Shown one piece after another: positions 28,037 to 38,502 of a DNA stretch of 64,000 nucleotides (within the stretch, counting starts at the first letter, position 1; every line of letters begins with the position of its first letter). The stretch comes from Candidatus Nomurabacteria bacterium. Lineage in GTDB: Bacteria > Patescibacteriota > Saccharimonadia > Saccharimonadales > VXPC01. The DNA is taken from the NCBI GenBank assembly GCA_020631905.1, contig JACKGQ010000001.1, positions 549,854-613,853 of the forward strand, written 5' to 3'. Both the position numbers and the translations under genes were made by a program. The notes beneath the pieces are model-generated. The model was not told the DNA's origin. It searched no databases and worked only from the letters and a program-made list of their open reading frames with translations.

Positions 28037-31000
28037 GGCCAGTAGGTCGTGGATGAATTTTTGGCTGCCGGTGGCTGATTGGTCGTAGCCCGAGATATCT
28101 GGCAGGTCTAAATTGACTATCTTTTGCCAGACGGCCTGGATGAGCTGCTTGATTTGAGCTTCTTCTTTTGGGTCGAAGGCTAGTTCGAGAGCTTGTAAGA
28201 TATTGCCATCGGCATTGCCTGCTGGCTCGACAAATTCGAGCCGAGCCGACTCGACCCTATAGCCACGCCAACTTGCACTACCTTCGATAAGCAACTTGTA
28301 CATGTACAGCTGCTGCTTGTAGGTTATAGATTTGATATCAGTCCCCCACTTTTTGAGCGGTTTGCCGGTTTTAAAATCGGCAATTCTAACCGTTTTGTTG
28401 GCTTCGTCGACTTCTAGTCGGTCGATCTTGCCGCTTAAATGGGCTTCGCCCAGGTGCACGCCTTCGGCATAAAAGTTAACCTCGGCTTTGGCCGACTTTT
28501 TGAACATGTCATGCCTGGCGCTTAGATACTTTTTGAGTGCGGCTTGGCCTTTGCCAAGAGCCCGCTGCTTGTCGGCTTGGCTTAGGTAGCGGCGATTGAG
28601 CTCGCGCTGGTAGTGATCGGCGACTTGTTGCTGACTTGGAGATTGCTTGGCCGCGACTTGGTTGGCATACCACTCGAGGGTGTTATGGATAGCTGTACCA
28701 AACTCGCCACTGGCGCTTGGCGCCTGCGGAAAGCGCAGTAAAGTTTGCACCAAAAAGGCCTCTGGGCCGGAATACTCGAGATTGATAAACGAGTTGAGAT
28801 GGGTTGGGCTCATTTGGTATTTTTTGAGCCGATCTGCCAGCAAGCTTTTAAAATCGGCTGGCAAGTGTACTTGGCCGGCTTGCCAGAGAGTTTCGATGTC
28901 GACAGCGAGCTGGTCGGCCGATACTTCTGTAGTTTGGATCTGCTGCGCACTGGCCGGCAAATAACTAGATACACCATCGGCTTCGGCCAAATACTTGAGT
29001 GGGCTGGTGGCTTTGCCGTTATCTTTGGTAGCGTGCGAAGTAATGTAAAGGCCTTGTTTGGCGCGAGTGATAGCCACAAAGAACAACCGGCGGCGCTCGT
29101 CGTCGGACGAGCCGCTGTAGCGAATTTGTTTAAGGTTGGGCGGTAAGGCTAGTTTATTGTTGCTTTGGCTGGCACTGCCCCAGACATCGTCGTGAGCCTG
29201 CAATATAAAGACATGTTCGAACTCTAAGCCTTTGGCGCTGTAAACAGTCATTAACTGCACCGAGTTGGCGGCTTGGGCGATCGGGTGGGTGTTGGTTAGG
29301 CTGGCCTCGGCGGCTTCGTACATATCAAAAAAGTCTAGAAAATCTTGCAGATTGAGTAGCTTGTCGGTGCTGACCTGGTGCTCACGCAGTTTGGCCCGAA
29401 TAACGCTAAGGTGCGCGATGGATTCGTAATATTTAAGGGCGTCGAGACTGCGCTCCTGGCTGGAAAAATAATAAGCTTTGAGTGGTGCAAAGTGTTCTTG
29501 ACCATCGATAACCACTGGGCTTGTGCCGGCTAGCTGGTCTAGAGTTAGCTCGAGTGGTGCGCTAACAGCGTAGGTGCTAAGCACCTGATAGAACATGATT
29601 GCCGACTCTAGCACAGGATTTTCGGCGGCGATTTCGGGCCAAGATCTAACCTCTTTGCGCTTGGCATACTGCCAATTGACTTGCCAAATGTCGCGGGCTG
29701 GAATCTGCCAATAAGGCAAGCTAAGCACTAGCGGCATATAGTGATTTACTAGGGTTGCATCTTGATTGATAAGCGCCTGAACCAGCTGGGCTGCCAAACG
29801 CAGACCACTGACAATCTCGGTTTGCAAGATGTTTTCGCGTTTGTCGTAGGTAATCGGCACCTCGCGCTGTTTTAAGAATGGCACCATGCCTTCGAGAATC
29901 TTGTGCTTTGGGGCAAGTACGGCGATTTGGTCGGGCCGAGTACCTTGCTTGATTAACGAATCGATCTGGTTTGCAACCCATGCGTATTCGCTGGCCGAGG
30001 CGGCAAACTCGTGGCGGCCAACTTGGGCAGTTTTTGGCAAGCCCTCTGCCCTAGCCTCGAGAACCTTGGAGATGTCTGCAAACTGACGATGCAAACGATC
30101 TTCGATCTGTTCGGATATGTTATGAGCCACATGCAAAATATCGGCATGTGAGCGATAATTTTCGGTGAGGTTGATTACCTTTACGTCTACAAAAGTTTCG
30201 AAAAAATCTTTCATGTTGCCAACATGGGCACCCTGGAATGCAAAAATAGCTTGGTCGTCGTCGCCGACAGCCATGATGTTTGGCCGGCCTTCGTGCACTG
30301 GGTGATCGGCGATGCGCTTGACTAGGTCGAATTGCGACGGGTTGGTGTCTTGGAACTCGTCGAGCAAGATAAATTGGTAGCGTTCCTGCAAGTTGTAGCG
30401 GAGCTCGGGGTTAGATTTGAGCCCTTCGATGGCGCGCAGGATCATATCGTCGAAGTCGTAGCTAGCCGATTGTTTGAGTGCCTCTTGGTAGTCTTGGTAG
30501 ATATTGGCTAGCTCGAGCATTTTTTGACTACGCAAGCGTTCGGTTAGACAGAAGTCATCTTGGTCGTCTTTGTGGAGCCAGTCGTTTTTCCAACTTGTAA
30601 GTGGCTTGCTAGAATTTGCGGCTTCGGCCTGTTGATAGGCTTGGTCGAGTTCGCTGGCGGCTAGCTCGACCAAACTGCCGCTAAGCTCCGACAAACCATC
30701 GCGGAGTTCGGCATATTGCCCGAATAGCTCGGCCTTTTTGCGTGACATGCCGCCTTTGGCATTGACTGCACTATCGATGATGTCTTGGGCTGCCTCGATC
30801 TGGGTGAGATTACTATTGGCTAGTGCACGCAGATCGTCTGGTGTGATCATATATTGTTTGAGGTCGCTGATGGTATCGACAAGGCTTTTGACATAGTAGC
30901 GGGCACCAAGCAGCAAGCTATCGAAAGGCAGCTTGGCCACGATTTTTTCGACGATTTGAATCTGGCTGAGCTCGTCGATTGGCCGCTCCATGCGAATGTC

Positions 31001-31345
31001 GTCGCTACGCTCAACAGCAATTGACTGAAAATGTTCGGCGTAGTTTTTGATAATGTCGCTACCAAAACTGTGATAAGTACTAATGGTGACGTTGTAAGCG
31101 GCGTCGCCTATTAGGCTGCGCAACCGCTGGCGCATATTGCTTGCACCGGATTCGGTAAAAGTAAGGCACAAGATGTTGCGGGCGTCGGTATCTGTTTGCT
31201 GCAAGATGTTGGCCACCCGAGCGCTGAGTAGCTGGGTTTTGCCAGTCCCTGGTCCGGCCAAAACCAATAGCGGGCCGTAAATATAATCGACCGCTTCGGC
31301 TTGAGCTTGGTTTAACTTAACCTCTGACACGACATAATTATACAT
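28034..31345 (-). CDS. UvrD/PcrA-family SF1 helicase fused to a C-terminal RecB-type PD-(D/E)XK nuclease (AddA/AdnB-like)
   Basis: 1103 aa. Walker A AGPGTGKTQ, LLDEFQDTN, the helicase motif set, and C-terminal GKIDRLEVDE...IADFKTGK nuclease motif. Confidence 0.85.
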   Translation of the reverse strand: MYNYVVSEVKLNQAQAEAVDYIYGPLLVLAGPGTGKTQLLSARVANILQQTDTDARNILCLTFTESGASNMRQRLRSLIGDAAYNVTISTYHSFGSDIIKNYAEHFQSIAVERSDDIRMERPIDELSQIQIVEKIVAKLPFDSLLLGARYYVKSLVDTISDLKQYMITPDDLRALANSNLTQIEAAQDIIDSAVNAKGGMSRKKAELFGQYAELRDGLSELSGSLVELAASELDQAYQQAEAANSSKPLTSWKNDWLHKDDQDDFCLTERLRSQKMLELANIYQDYQEALKQSASYDFDDMILRAIEGLKSNPELRYNLQERYQFILLDEFQDTNPSQFDLVKRIADHPVHEGRPNIMAVGDDDQAIFAFQGAHVGNMKDFFETFVDVKVINLTENYRSHADILHVAHNISEQIEDRLHRQFADISKVLEARAEGLPKTAQVGRHEFAASASEYAWVANQIDSLIKQGTRPDQIAVLAPKHKILEGMVPFLKQREVPITYDKRENILQTEIVSGLRLAAQLVQALINQDATLVNHYMPLVLSLPYWQIPARDIWQVNWQYAKRKEVRSWPEIAAENPVLESAIMFYQVLSTYAVSAPLELTLDQLAGTSPVVIDGQEHFAPLKAYYFSSQERSLDALKYYESIAHLSVIRAKLREHQVSTDKLLNLQDFLDFFDMYEAAEASLTNTHPIAQAANSVQLMTVYSAKGLEFEHVFILQAHDDVWGSASQSNNKLALPPNLKQIRYSGSSDDERRRLFFVAITRAKQGLYITSHATKDNGKATSPLKYLAEADGVSSYLPASAQQIQTTEVSADQLAVDIETLWQAGQVHLPADFKSLLADRLKKYQMSPTHLNSFINLEYSGPEAFLVQTLLRFPQAPSASGEFGTAIHNTLEWYANQVAAKQSPSQQQVADHYQRELNRRYLSQADKQRALGKGQAALKKYLSARHDMFKKSAKAEVNFYAEGVHLGEAHLSGKIDRLEVDEANKTVRIADFKTGKPLKKWGTDIKSITYKQQLYMYKLLIEGSASWRGYRVESARLEFVEPAGNADGNILQALELAFDPKEEAQIKQLIQAVWQKIVNLDLPDISGYDQSATGSQKFIHDLLA

Positions 31346-31408
31346 GTAATAGCTTTCGATTCTGATTAGTGGTTGCAGATATTCGATAAAACACGCTAAG
31401 CTACCATA

Positions 31409-32035
31409 ATGATAGACGCTGCCCTAGCCCATTTTGCCAAAGTCGATCCGCGCATGCACGAACTGGTGTTGATACACCGAGACACTACGCGAGAGCCAGA
31501 AGTGATTGCGCCAGATCTGTATTTTGAACGATTGTGCCGAACAATTGTTGGGCAGCAGTTGTCGGTTAAGGCAGCCGCAACCATTTGGCAGCGGACTTTG
31601 GCTAGCCTTGGTACAGATACGTCTAAACCTTTAGCTACAGAAGACTTTTCTCGAGTAGATGACGACAGTTTACGCGCAGCTGGGCTTAGCTATCAGAAAA
31701 TTGGCTATATTCGTGCTTTGATTGAAAGCTTAGATAATCGAGCTGTAGACCTAACTAGTCTTGGCAAAATGGACGACAATCTAGTGATCGCCGAGCTAAC
31801 CAAGCTCAAGGGTATTGGCACTTGGAGTGCCGAGATGTTTCTGATTTTTGCCATGGGTCGGCCAGATGTATTTAGCGCTGGCGATTTGGGATTGATGACA
31901 GCTGCTGCTCAGCTCTACCAGCTAGACCGCAAGGCAGATGCAGACAAGATAGTTGCCAATTTAGAGCGGCTCAGCCCCTACCGGACAGTTGCCAGCCTAA
32001 CGCTTTGGCACAGCCTAGACAATCAACCTAAATAA
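31409..32035 (+). CDS. alkA: DNA-3-methyladenine glycosylase II (HhH-GPD, AlkA-like)
   Basis: 208 aa. LKGIGTWSAEMFLIFAMGRPDVFSAGDLGL is the HhH-GPD motif with the catalytic Asp. Confidence 0.8.
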   Translation: MIDAALAHFAKVDPRMHELVLIHRDTTREPEVIAPDLYFERLCRTIVGQQLSVKAAATIWQRTLASLGTDTSKPLATEDFSRVDDDSLRAAGLSYQKIGYIRALIESLDNRAVDLTSLGKMDDNLVIAELTKLKGIGTWSAEMFLIFAMGRPDVFSAGDLGLMTAAAQLYQLDRKADADKIVANLERLSPYRTVASLTLWHSLDNQPK

Positions 32036-32114
32036 TTGAGCGCGATAATCTGAATAGTGTTCGTCTAACAGATATTTATATCGACTACAACGTGTTATTA
32101 TTGTTTAGTATATT

Positions 32115-32750
32115 ATGAGTCGAAAAATCAACGAAAAGCTTGCCGATAAGTTACGACAGAGAATTGTCGAGCTAGAAATAGAACTCAAAAAGTCTTATCT
32201 CGAGAACTCAAGACTTCGAGAGAACAATGCCGAATTATCGATAAAAGCGTACAGTGACCCATTAACTGGTGCCTGGAATCGTGAAGGCTGGGCTAGGCAC
32301 CTAAGTTTGATGTTCGAGATGTCCAGAGAGCTTGGGGTTGGTGGCCAAATATTCGCTGTAATGATCGATCTAGACCATTTTAAAAAAATTAATGATACAT
32401 ATGGCCATCACACAGGTGATCATGTGTTAATAAAGGTAGTAGAAATCATAAAAGCGAACATGCGAGATTATGATGTAGTTGGACGGTTCGGCGGTGAAGA
32501 GTTTATAGTGGCTATGCTTGGTGCGAGTGCAGACGATGTAGCAAACAAAGCCGAAGCAGTGCGTCAAATTATCGAATCAACTAAAATTCAGCATAATAAT
32601 AAAACTATAAAAGTAACCGTAAGTATTGGCGTAGGGACAGCGATCGAGGACAGTTTTGCAGACCCTGCGATTATTGCCGCTGATATAGCCCTTTATCAAG
32701 CTAAGCAATCGGGGCGCAATCAGGTTAGTGTGTATCCGGACGCTGCATGA
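32115..32750 (+). CDS. GGDEF-domain diguanylate cyclase with N-terminal coiled coil
   Basis: 211 aa. DLDHFKKINDTYGHHTGD and the RFGGEEF active-site motif. Confidence 0.85.
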   Translation: MSRKINEKLADKLRQRIVELEIELKKSYLENSRLRENNAELSIKAYSDPLTGAWNREGWARHLSLMFEMSRELGVGGQIFAVMIDLDHFKKINDTYGHHTGDHVLIKVVEIIKANMRDYDVVGRFGGEEFIVAMLGASADDVANKAEAVRQIIESTKIQHNNKTIKVTVSIGVGTAIEDSFADPAIIAADIALYQAKQSGRNQVSVYPDAA

Positions 32751-33919
32751 CTCATCGATATGGCATCGAGTTCGAAGTGCCTCCAGCACTGATTGCTCAG
32801 CAACCTGTTAGCCCACGCGATTCTGCCAAGTTGTTGGTTTATAGGCGTGCCGATAAAACGATAACCGACGATTACTTCTATAATTTAGATAAATATTTAG
32901 TTCCCGAAACAACTTTGGTGGTTAATAACTCTAAAGTGGAACAGTGTCGCTGGCTATTCCCCAAACAGTCTGCGCTAGTCAGCTTGCCTACGAGCAGAGC
33001 TAGTAGCACTGCTGACTTCTCGGGTATTTCCGCCTCAGGACCTTGCGAGTCACGCGGCGCCGTACCAAATGTACGGCTTACTAATAATTCGCGGTCCTTT
33101 GACGGAACTGCATCGAGCCCAAACAGTTCGGAAATAAATGATGTCGAAATATTCGTGCTCGAAAAACTCGACAACCGCCGAATTGTGGCGATGGTCAAGC
33201 CTGGGCGTAAGTTTAAACTTGGTAAAAAACTTGTTTTGGCCGACGGTATCGAGGCTACCGTTACAGCCATAAATGACGATGGCCACCGAACGCTGGAGTT
33301 TAATCTAGATCACGACAGCCCCATGCTAAAACAATACGAACATGTGCCTCTACCACCCTATATTGCCCAGAATGATTCACTTGAAGCCGAGTATCAAACG
33401 GTCTACGCTAAGCAGCTAGGTAGTAAGGCCGCACCGACTGCCGGTCTACATTTTACAGATAAACTTCTTGCCAAAATTCGCAACAGCCACGCCTATGCAG
33501 AAGTAGACCTGAAGGTGGGTTTGGGCACCTTTGCCCCATTGACAGAAGTTCAGTATAAAGCTGGGGCTTTACACGCGGAATCTTTTGAAGTTTCTGCCGA
33601 AAACAGCCACATAATTACCGGCGCAAAGCATATTACTGCGGTTGGTACGACAAGCTTGCGCACCCTAGAGTCCTTGCCCAATCGCCAGCCGGTCTCGGGC
33701 CAAGGCTTTAGCGGTAAGACAAATATATTCATTAAACCAGGTTACGAATTTATGAATGTTGATTCGCTTATTACCAACTTTCATTTGCCGGGTACCTCCC
33801 TGCTATTACTTGTCGAAGCATTTGTTGGCTCGGCAAACGAGCTCCTGCGGATATACCAACATGCCCTAAAGAAACAATATCGATTCTATTCTTTTGGTGA
33901 CGCGATGCTGATTATTTAG
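32747..33919 (+). CDS. queA: S-adenosylmethionine:tRNA ribosyltransferase-isomerase
   Basis: 390 aa. FEVPPALIAQQPVSPRDSAKLLVY, PLPPYI, TAGLHFT and AVGTTSLRTLES are QueA motifs. It carries a roughly 60-aa Ser-rich insertion (about nt 32975-33140). The ATG overlaps the GGDEF stop (ATGA). Confidence 0.85.
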   Translation: MTHRYGIEFEVPPALIAQQPVSPRDSAKLLVYRRADKTITDDYFYNLDKYLVPETTLVVNNSKVEQCRWLFPKQSALVSLPTSRASSTADFSGISASGPCESRGAVPNVRLTNNSRSFDGTASSPNSSEINDVEIFVLEKLDNRRIVAMVKPGRKFKLGKKLVLADGIEATVTAINDDGHRTLEFNLDHDSPMLKQYEHVPLPPYIAQNDSLEAEYQTVYAKQLGSKAAPTAGLHFTDKLLAKIRNSHAYAEVDLKVGLGTFAPLTEVQYKAGALHAESFEVSAENSHIITGAKHITAVGTTSLRTLESLPNRQPVSGQGFSGKTNIFIKPGYEFMNVDSLITNFHLPGTSLLLLVEAFVGSANELLRIYQHALKKQYRFYSFGDAMLII

Positions 33920-34836
33920 AGCCAGCGTTGCTTTTTGAAGAACATCACGATGAGCACAATCATTAGGAGTGTACTGATCGAGATTAGCCAGAACGCGTTG
34001 GCATGTCCAGATAATGGTAAGTGCACATTCATGCCATAAATACCACTGATGATTGTCGGCACCATAAGAAAAATTGTGATACTTGTGAGGCGTTTGAAGA
34101 TTTTGTTTAAGTTGTTTGTGGCAATCGTGGTATATGCTTCGCGAATATTTTGCATAGTTTTTAGGCGACTTTTTGAAAGCTCTATTAACTCGTTGGTTGA
34201 TAACTCGAGATCTTCGAGTAAATCGTGGTCTTCTTCGCTGAGGTTGAATAAGCGACCTGTCGCCATGGCTTTTAAGACGAGTCCGTAGGGCATTAAAGCT
34301 GCCAAGAATTCGTTCAGGTCTTCTTCTGTATCGATAAAACCCAAGACGTCGTCATTACTGATAATTTTTTTCTCTAGCCGGTTTCTGGTTGCAAATATCT
34401 GGCGAGTTACACCATTGATATAGTTGCGATAGCCGCGGTTAATGCGTGTCAGTAATTGTAGGACAAATAAAGATTTATTAGCCGTATATGTGTCGTCGCT
34501 TTTGAGCATCTCCTCGACTGCATTAACTGCTTTTCGCGCAACTGTAACTAGGTTATCTTTACTGACAATTATCAGTAATGGCTCGGTACTAGTGAGGTTG
34601 CCGCTTGGTTCGCAGTACCTAACGTACAGGTAGGTGGCACCATCGTAATGTTCAATACGTGGTGATTCATACAAGTCGATACCATCTATCAGCGCATCTT
34701 CGTCTAGCTTAAGCTGTTTGGCATAACTTTCGACTTCGTCGATTGATTGGCTAACGATTCTAACCCAACTTCCCTTTTTTACCTTAGGTAGTTTTGTGGC
34801 TGGCGAACCTGGTCGTTTGTCGTAAGCAATTAGCAT
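33916..34836 (-). CDS. corA: CorA-family magnesium/cobalt transporter
   Basis: 306 aa with two C-terminal TM helices and the GIYGMN motif. Confidence 0.85.
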   Translation of the reverse strand: MLIAYDKRPGSPATKLPKVKKGSWVRIVSQSIDEVESYAKQLKLDEDALIDGIDLYESPRIEHYDGATYLYVRYCEPSGNLTSTEPLLIIVSKDNLVTVARKAVNAVEEMLKSDDTYTANKSLFVLQLLTRINRGYRNYINGVTRQIFATRNRLEKKIISNDDVLGFIDTEEDLNEFLAALMPYGLVLKAMATGRLFNLSEEDHDLLEDLELSTNELIELSKSRLKTMQNIREAYTTIATNNLNKIFKRLTSITIFLMVPTIISGIYGMNVHLPLSGHANAFWLISISTLLMIVLIVMFFKKQRWL

Positions 34837-34868
34837 GGCTAAATTATACAGAGCTAGGGTTTGACTGA

Positions 34869-36533
34869 CTAATTTATATAAATCGTTTCGGAACTACCAG
34901 AACTAGATAGACTACTTGGAGTTAGCCGCCATACACCTACACCTAGAAACGAAGTATCCCAGCTGTATTGGTATTCGCCGGTTTCGTCGACTTTTATTGC
35001 GGAAAATGTCTTTTTGGCATTTGTATTGAGGTTGCGGGCAGTCACACTAACCTGATCGCCTGGATTTGCAGTGATTATAAAATGGGTGGTCTGGCTGCTG
35101 GCTAGAGGGCTGGCTGGATTCTCGCCTGCGACGCTGCTAATCTGTAGAGCTCGGCTACTACGCCCCAAAGTGTCGGCGAGATCGGTATTTAGCAACTCTA
35201 ATGCAGCTAAGATATCGATTTGTCCGTAGCCATAGTCGGGGCTAAAGTTGCCGGCTCGGCTAGCTGTCGAAGTCAACAAATAGCGGATGTCTTCTAGGTT
35301 TAAATTCGGTTGATAGCCTTTCAGTAAGCTTATCGCTCCTGCAGCCACTGGACTAGAAAAAGAAGTGCCACTTATCGCCCCCGAGTACAGACTGGTTTGG
35401 TTGGCTAAACTCCAGCTGGTGCTAGTAGTTATGCCCGATCCTGGCGCAACTAAATCTAGCTCTGGCCCGTAACTACTAAAAGATGCTCTAACTCCCGCAG
35501 AGTTAACTGCCCCGACGGCGATTAGATTGTCGTACTTTGCCGGGTATGTTAGATAACCCGGTGCTTCTAGTTGATTGCAAAAATCATAGGCTAGCGAAGC
35601 ACAGTTACCAGAAGCGGCGACAACGACAACGTTTTGGCTGGCTGCGAAGTCGATGGCAGCTTCGAGGGCCGGGTCATCGGCGCTGCCACCAAGACTAAGA
35701 TTAATTACGTCGGCACCGTTATCGACAGCATACTCGATCGCAGCAACAATGTCAGAGGTGTAGCCTGTGCCGTTATCGGACAATGCTTGGAGTGGCATAA
35801 TTTTTGCTTGCCAATCAACCCCTGGCAAACCCAGTCCATTATCGGCAGTCGCGGCAATTAAGCCTGCCACGTTTGTGGCGTGGGTCACGCCGCTGCCGGT
35901 GGGGTTGAGGTCGCCCGCTTGAGGGTCGTTATCGATGTCATAAAAATCCCAGCCACGCCAATCATCGACATAGCCATTGTCGTCGTCATCGCAGTTATTT
36001 GTCTGTTTGTTCACCGGACTGCCAGTCCAGCATGTATCGCCTGCCTTTGTGGTGCCTTGCTCTGCCTGATTGATATACCAACTAGCATTTAAATCTTGAT
36101 GGGCTAAGGCAAAACCGCTATCAACAACTGCAACCACAATCTGGCTATTGCCAGTAGTTATATCCCAGGCACTCGGGGCGTTGATATTGGTTAGATGCCA
36201 GAGTGGATAGTAGGTGTCGTTGGGTGTTAAGAACGCGATATATTGATGTTGCTCGAACTCCACTTGAGCCAAAATATCACTGCTATGGGTTGGCTTAAAA
36301 GGTTGCGCGTTCGAAGTTTTGGCAAGGCTTTGTACACTTGCAACTGGTGTGTCTGTAGCTGGATCGATAATTGTAGTAAAACCAAGTTTTTTTACCAATT
36401 CGGCCTGGCTTAGCTTAGGGGTTGTCGAGCTAGCTTTTTGACTAGAGTGTTGCTGCGCGTAAAGTAACCAAGACAGTAGCCCAATTACTGTCAGCGAAAT
36501 AATTTGCAAGAAATGCGGAACACGCCGCCACAT
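34869..36533 (-). CDS. Secreted subtilisin-like (S8) serine protease
   Basis: 554 aa. N-terminal anchor/signal and catalytic triad contexts VAVVDSGF (D), HATNVAG (H) and GTSFSSP (S). Confidence 0.85.
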   Translation of the reverse strand: MWRRVPHFLQIISLTVIGLLSWLLYAQQHSSQKASSTTPKLSQAELVKKLGFTTIIDPATDTPVASVQSLAKTSNAQPFKPTHSSDILAQVEFEQHQYIAFLTPNDTYYPLWHLTNINAPSAWDITTGNSQIVVAVVDSGFALAHQDLNASWYINQAEQGTTKAGDTCWTGSPVNKQTNNCDDDDNGYVDDWRGWDFYDIDNDPQAGDLNPTGSGVTHATNVAGLIAATADNGLGLPGVDWQAKIMPLQALSDNGTGYTSDIVAAIEYAVDNGADVINLSLGGSADDPALEAAIDFAASQNVVVVAASGNCASLAYDFCNQLEAPGYLTYPAKYDNLIAVGAVNSAGVRASFSSYGPELDLVAPGSGITTSTSWSLANQTSLYSGAISGTSFSSPVAAGAISLLKGYQPNLNLEDIRYLLTSTASRAGNFSPDYGYGQIDILAALELLNTDLADTLGRSSRALQISSVAGENPASPLASSQTTHFIITANPGDQVSVTARNLNTNAKKTFSAIKVDETGEYQYSWDTSFLGVGVWRLTPSSLSSSGSSETIYIN

Positions 36534-38083
36534 TAAAACAGCTCCTCGCTGTAGTAGACCAGACGTAATTGGAGTGTGACAGGTGTTTTTAAGCGGCGAG
36601 TTGCAAGTGATTTAATATCTTGAGCCAAGTCTGTGGTAACCGATTGACTGTCGGGCAATTTAATCTCGAGTAATAAATACGTATTACCACTGCGTTTTGT
36701 AACCTCAACACTGTTAACTACTGCGCCCGACACGTTGGCTTTAATCAAAGTTTGGAGTTCACTTTTCAATACGTCGACGGTTGATTGCTGATCTGTCTTG
36801 ATTTGGATTAATGGCAGGTAGCTAATGTCGAGCTTAATAGATTTTTGTAGTTCTGCGCTCAGTACATCGTTCAACTGGTTGATGGCGCTTTCGTCTGGCA
36901 AACTATCGGCCGGGCCACTTAATTGAGCGCTAATTGTCCATGTCTCGGCATGTTGACTAACATCAAGTTCGATAATATTAAGGTCCGAAGAAAGCTCGTT
37001 GAGATGTTTGCTAAAGCTGTCGCGGATTGATCTGATTGTGTCTTGAGCTTTGATGTCCTCGAGGTTAGAAAGCAGTGAGATTGGCTGGATATGTAATCTT
37101 AAATCCACCAAACGGTTGATAGAGTTACTCAATTCTGAAGTGAGTTTATCTTTATCGTCGTAGGTTAAATTGACCGAAGGTGGCAAAAATACATCGGCAT
37201 CGACCACTAAGACGTCCTGGCCCGAGCGAGACTCTAAACTTGTACTAATATTCTTGACCGAACCGTTTGGACTTATGGCGTTGATGTAGTCTTTTAGTTC
37301 GGTCTGCACGACTACATATGATGAGCTTTCGAGTGAGTAGGTTTTTAGGAGTTGATACAGCGGAATTGCCGTAATCGACAGAGACAGCAACATGATAATA
37401 AAAGCCTTTGGTGCCATTTGGAGTTTGCGTCGCCAAGAATAGTGCACAAGTATCATGGTGATCCCGGCTACTAAAGTTATCGACAAGGCGTTGGTTAATA
37501 ATAACAATGAGCTACCTTTGACGATAGCAGTTTCGCCAAGAGCTAAGCTAATGCCGATAACGCACATCGGCGGAGTTAGCGAAAGTGCCACAGCCACACC
37601 GGCAACTGTGTCGCTAATATTCTTGCGGACAATTGCCATCGCCCCAATCGCACCAGCCATTATGGCCACAGCCGCATCGAGCAGCGTTGGCGTAGAACGA
37701 GTTATAATCTCCGAATTGATAACTTTTAACGGCGAAAAAATCGTTAGAATATATGCCAACAAAACACCATAAGCAACAGAAGCGATAATTATGTATAGAT
37801 TATTTCTGATTCGTTTATGGTTACCGAGCGAAGCACCATCGGCGAGCCCAAACATTGGCCATGTCAGTGGCGAAATAATCATACTTCCAATAACAATTGC
37901 CGATGCGTTCATTAGTAAGCCTAGCGTAGCGATAACCGTCGATGCGGTTAATAGTAGATAATAAGATACGCTAAAACGTGAGTAAGAACGCATCTTCTCT
38001 TCTAGTAGTTCATCACTAATTAAGCTATCTTTGGCAAATAGCCAGTTTATTTGTCTTTCGAGCAGATTAAACTTCTTGGCCAC
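36533..38083 (-). CDS. DUF389 (TIGR00341-type) integral membrane protein with extended C-terminal domain
   Basis: 516 aa. ...NASAIVIGSMIISPLTWPMFG... is typical of DUF389. Its stop overlaps the S8 protease start (TAATG). Confidence 0.7.
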   Translation of the reverse strand: MAKKFNLLERQINWLFAKDSLISDELLEEKMRSYSRFSVSYYLLLTASTVIATLGLLMNASAIVIGSMIISPLTWPMFGLADGASLGNHKRIRNNLYIIIASVAYGVLLAYILTIFSPLKVINSEIITRSTPTLLDAAVAIMAGAIGAMAIVRKNISDTVAGVAVALSLTPPMCVIGISLALGETAIVKGSSLLLLTNALSITLVAGITMILVHYSWRRKLQMAPKAFIIMLLSLSITAIPLYQLLKTYSLESSSYVVVQTELKDYINAISPNGSVKNISTSLESRSGQDVLVVDADVFLPPSVNLTYDDKDKLTSELSNSINRLVDLRLHIQPISLLSNLEDIKAQDTIRSIRDSFSKHLNELSSDLNIIELDVSQHAETWTISAQLSGPADSLPDESAINQLNDVLSAELQKSIKLDISYLPLIQIKTDQQSTVDVLKSELQTLIKANVSGAVVNSVEVTKRSGNTYLLLEIKLPDSQSVTTDLAQDIKSLATRRLKTPVTLQLRLVYYSEELF

Positions 38084-38088
38084 TTTGC

Positions 38089-38373
38089 TTACTTTCCAGT
38101 TCGCCGCTTGATGTATGAATCACTCAACATTCCTAAGGCCGATATCGCGATAGCTACTCCGAATAAGATGAAGATTGCCGTAAACAGTCTTGTCGTATCG
38201 TTTGTTGGGTGGATATCACCGTAACCAACCGTTGTAAGCGTCACAACACTAAAGTAAAAGCACTCAATCCACGTCCACGATTCTAGCCAGTGATAGCTCA
38301 AGGTACCTATCAAAAGTAGGCCAACTAATGAGCCAATCGTAACTCTAGCGCGGACACTCCCAAACATAAGCAT
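38089..38373 (-). CDS. Minimal two-TM potassium channel
   Basis: 94 aa with the selectivity filter TTVGYGD between two TM helices. Confidence 0.8.
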   Translation of the reverse strand: MLMFGSVRARVTIGSLVGLLLIGTLSYHWLESWTWIECFYFSVVTLTTVGYGDIHPTNDTTRLFTAIFILFGVAIAISALGMLSDSYIKRRTGK

Positions 38374-38502
38374 ATTCTACCTTAAAGCAGCTATTCTTAA
38401 AAGTTTCGCACTCCAGTAAATTCTTGTCATTTTACTGAGACCGAAATGTGTATGGCTTTCTTTAATATCACCTATTCTGGCCTGACTAAAAGAAGGATTA
38501 AT

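Noticed and set aside
28647-30147. Multiple 60-130-aa ORFs on both strands inside the helicase-nuclease gene. Similar shadow ORFs occur inside typA, thrC, dnaB, rplA, rplJ, the 12392-13495 gene and others.
   Set aside because: They are fully nested within long, motif-supported genes. This is typical of GC-richer coding sequence, and none has independent support.
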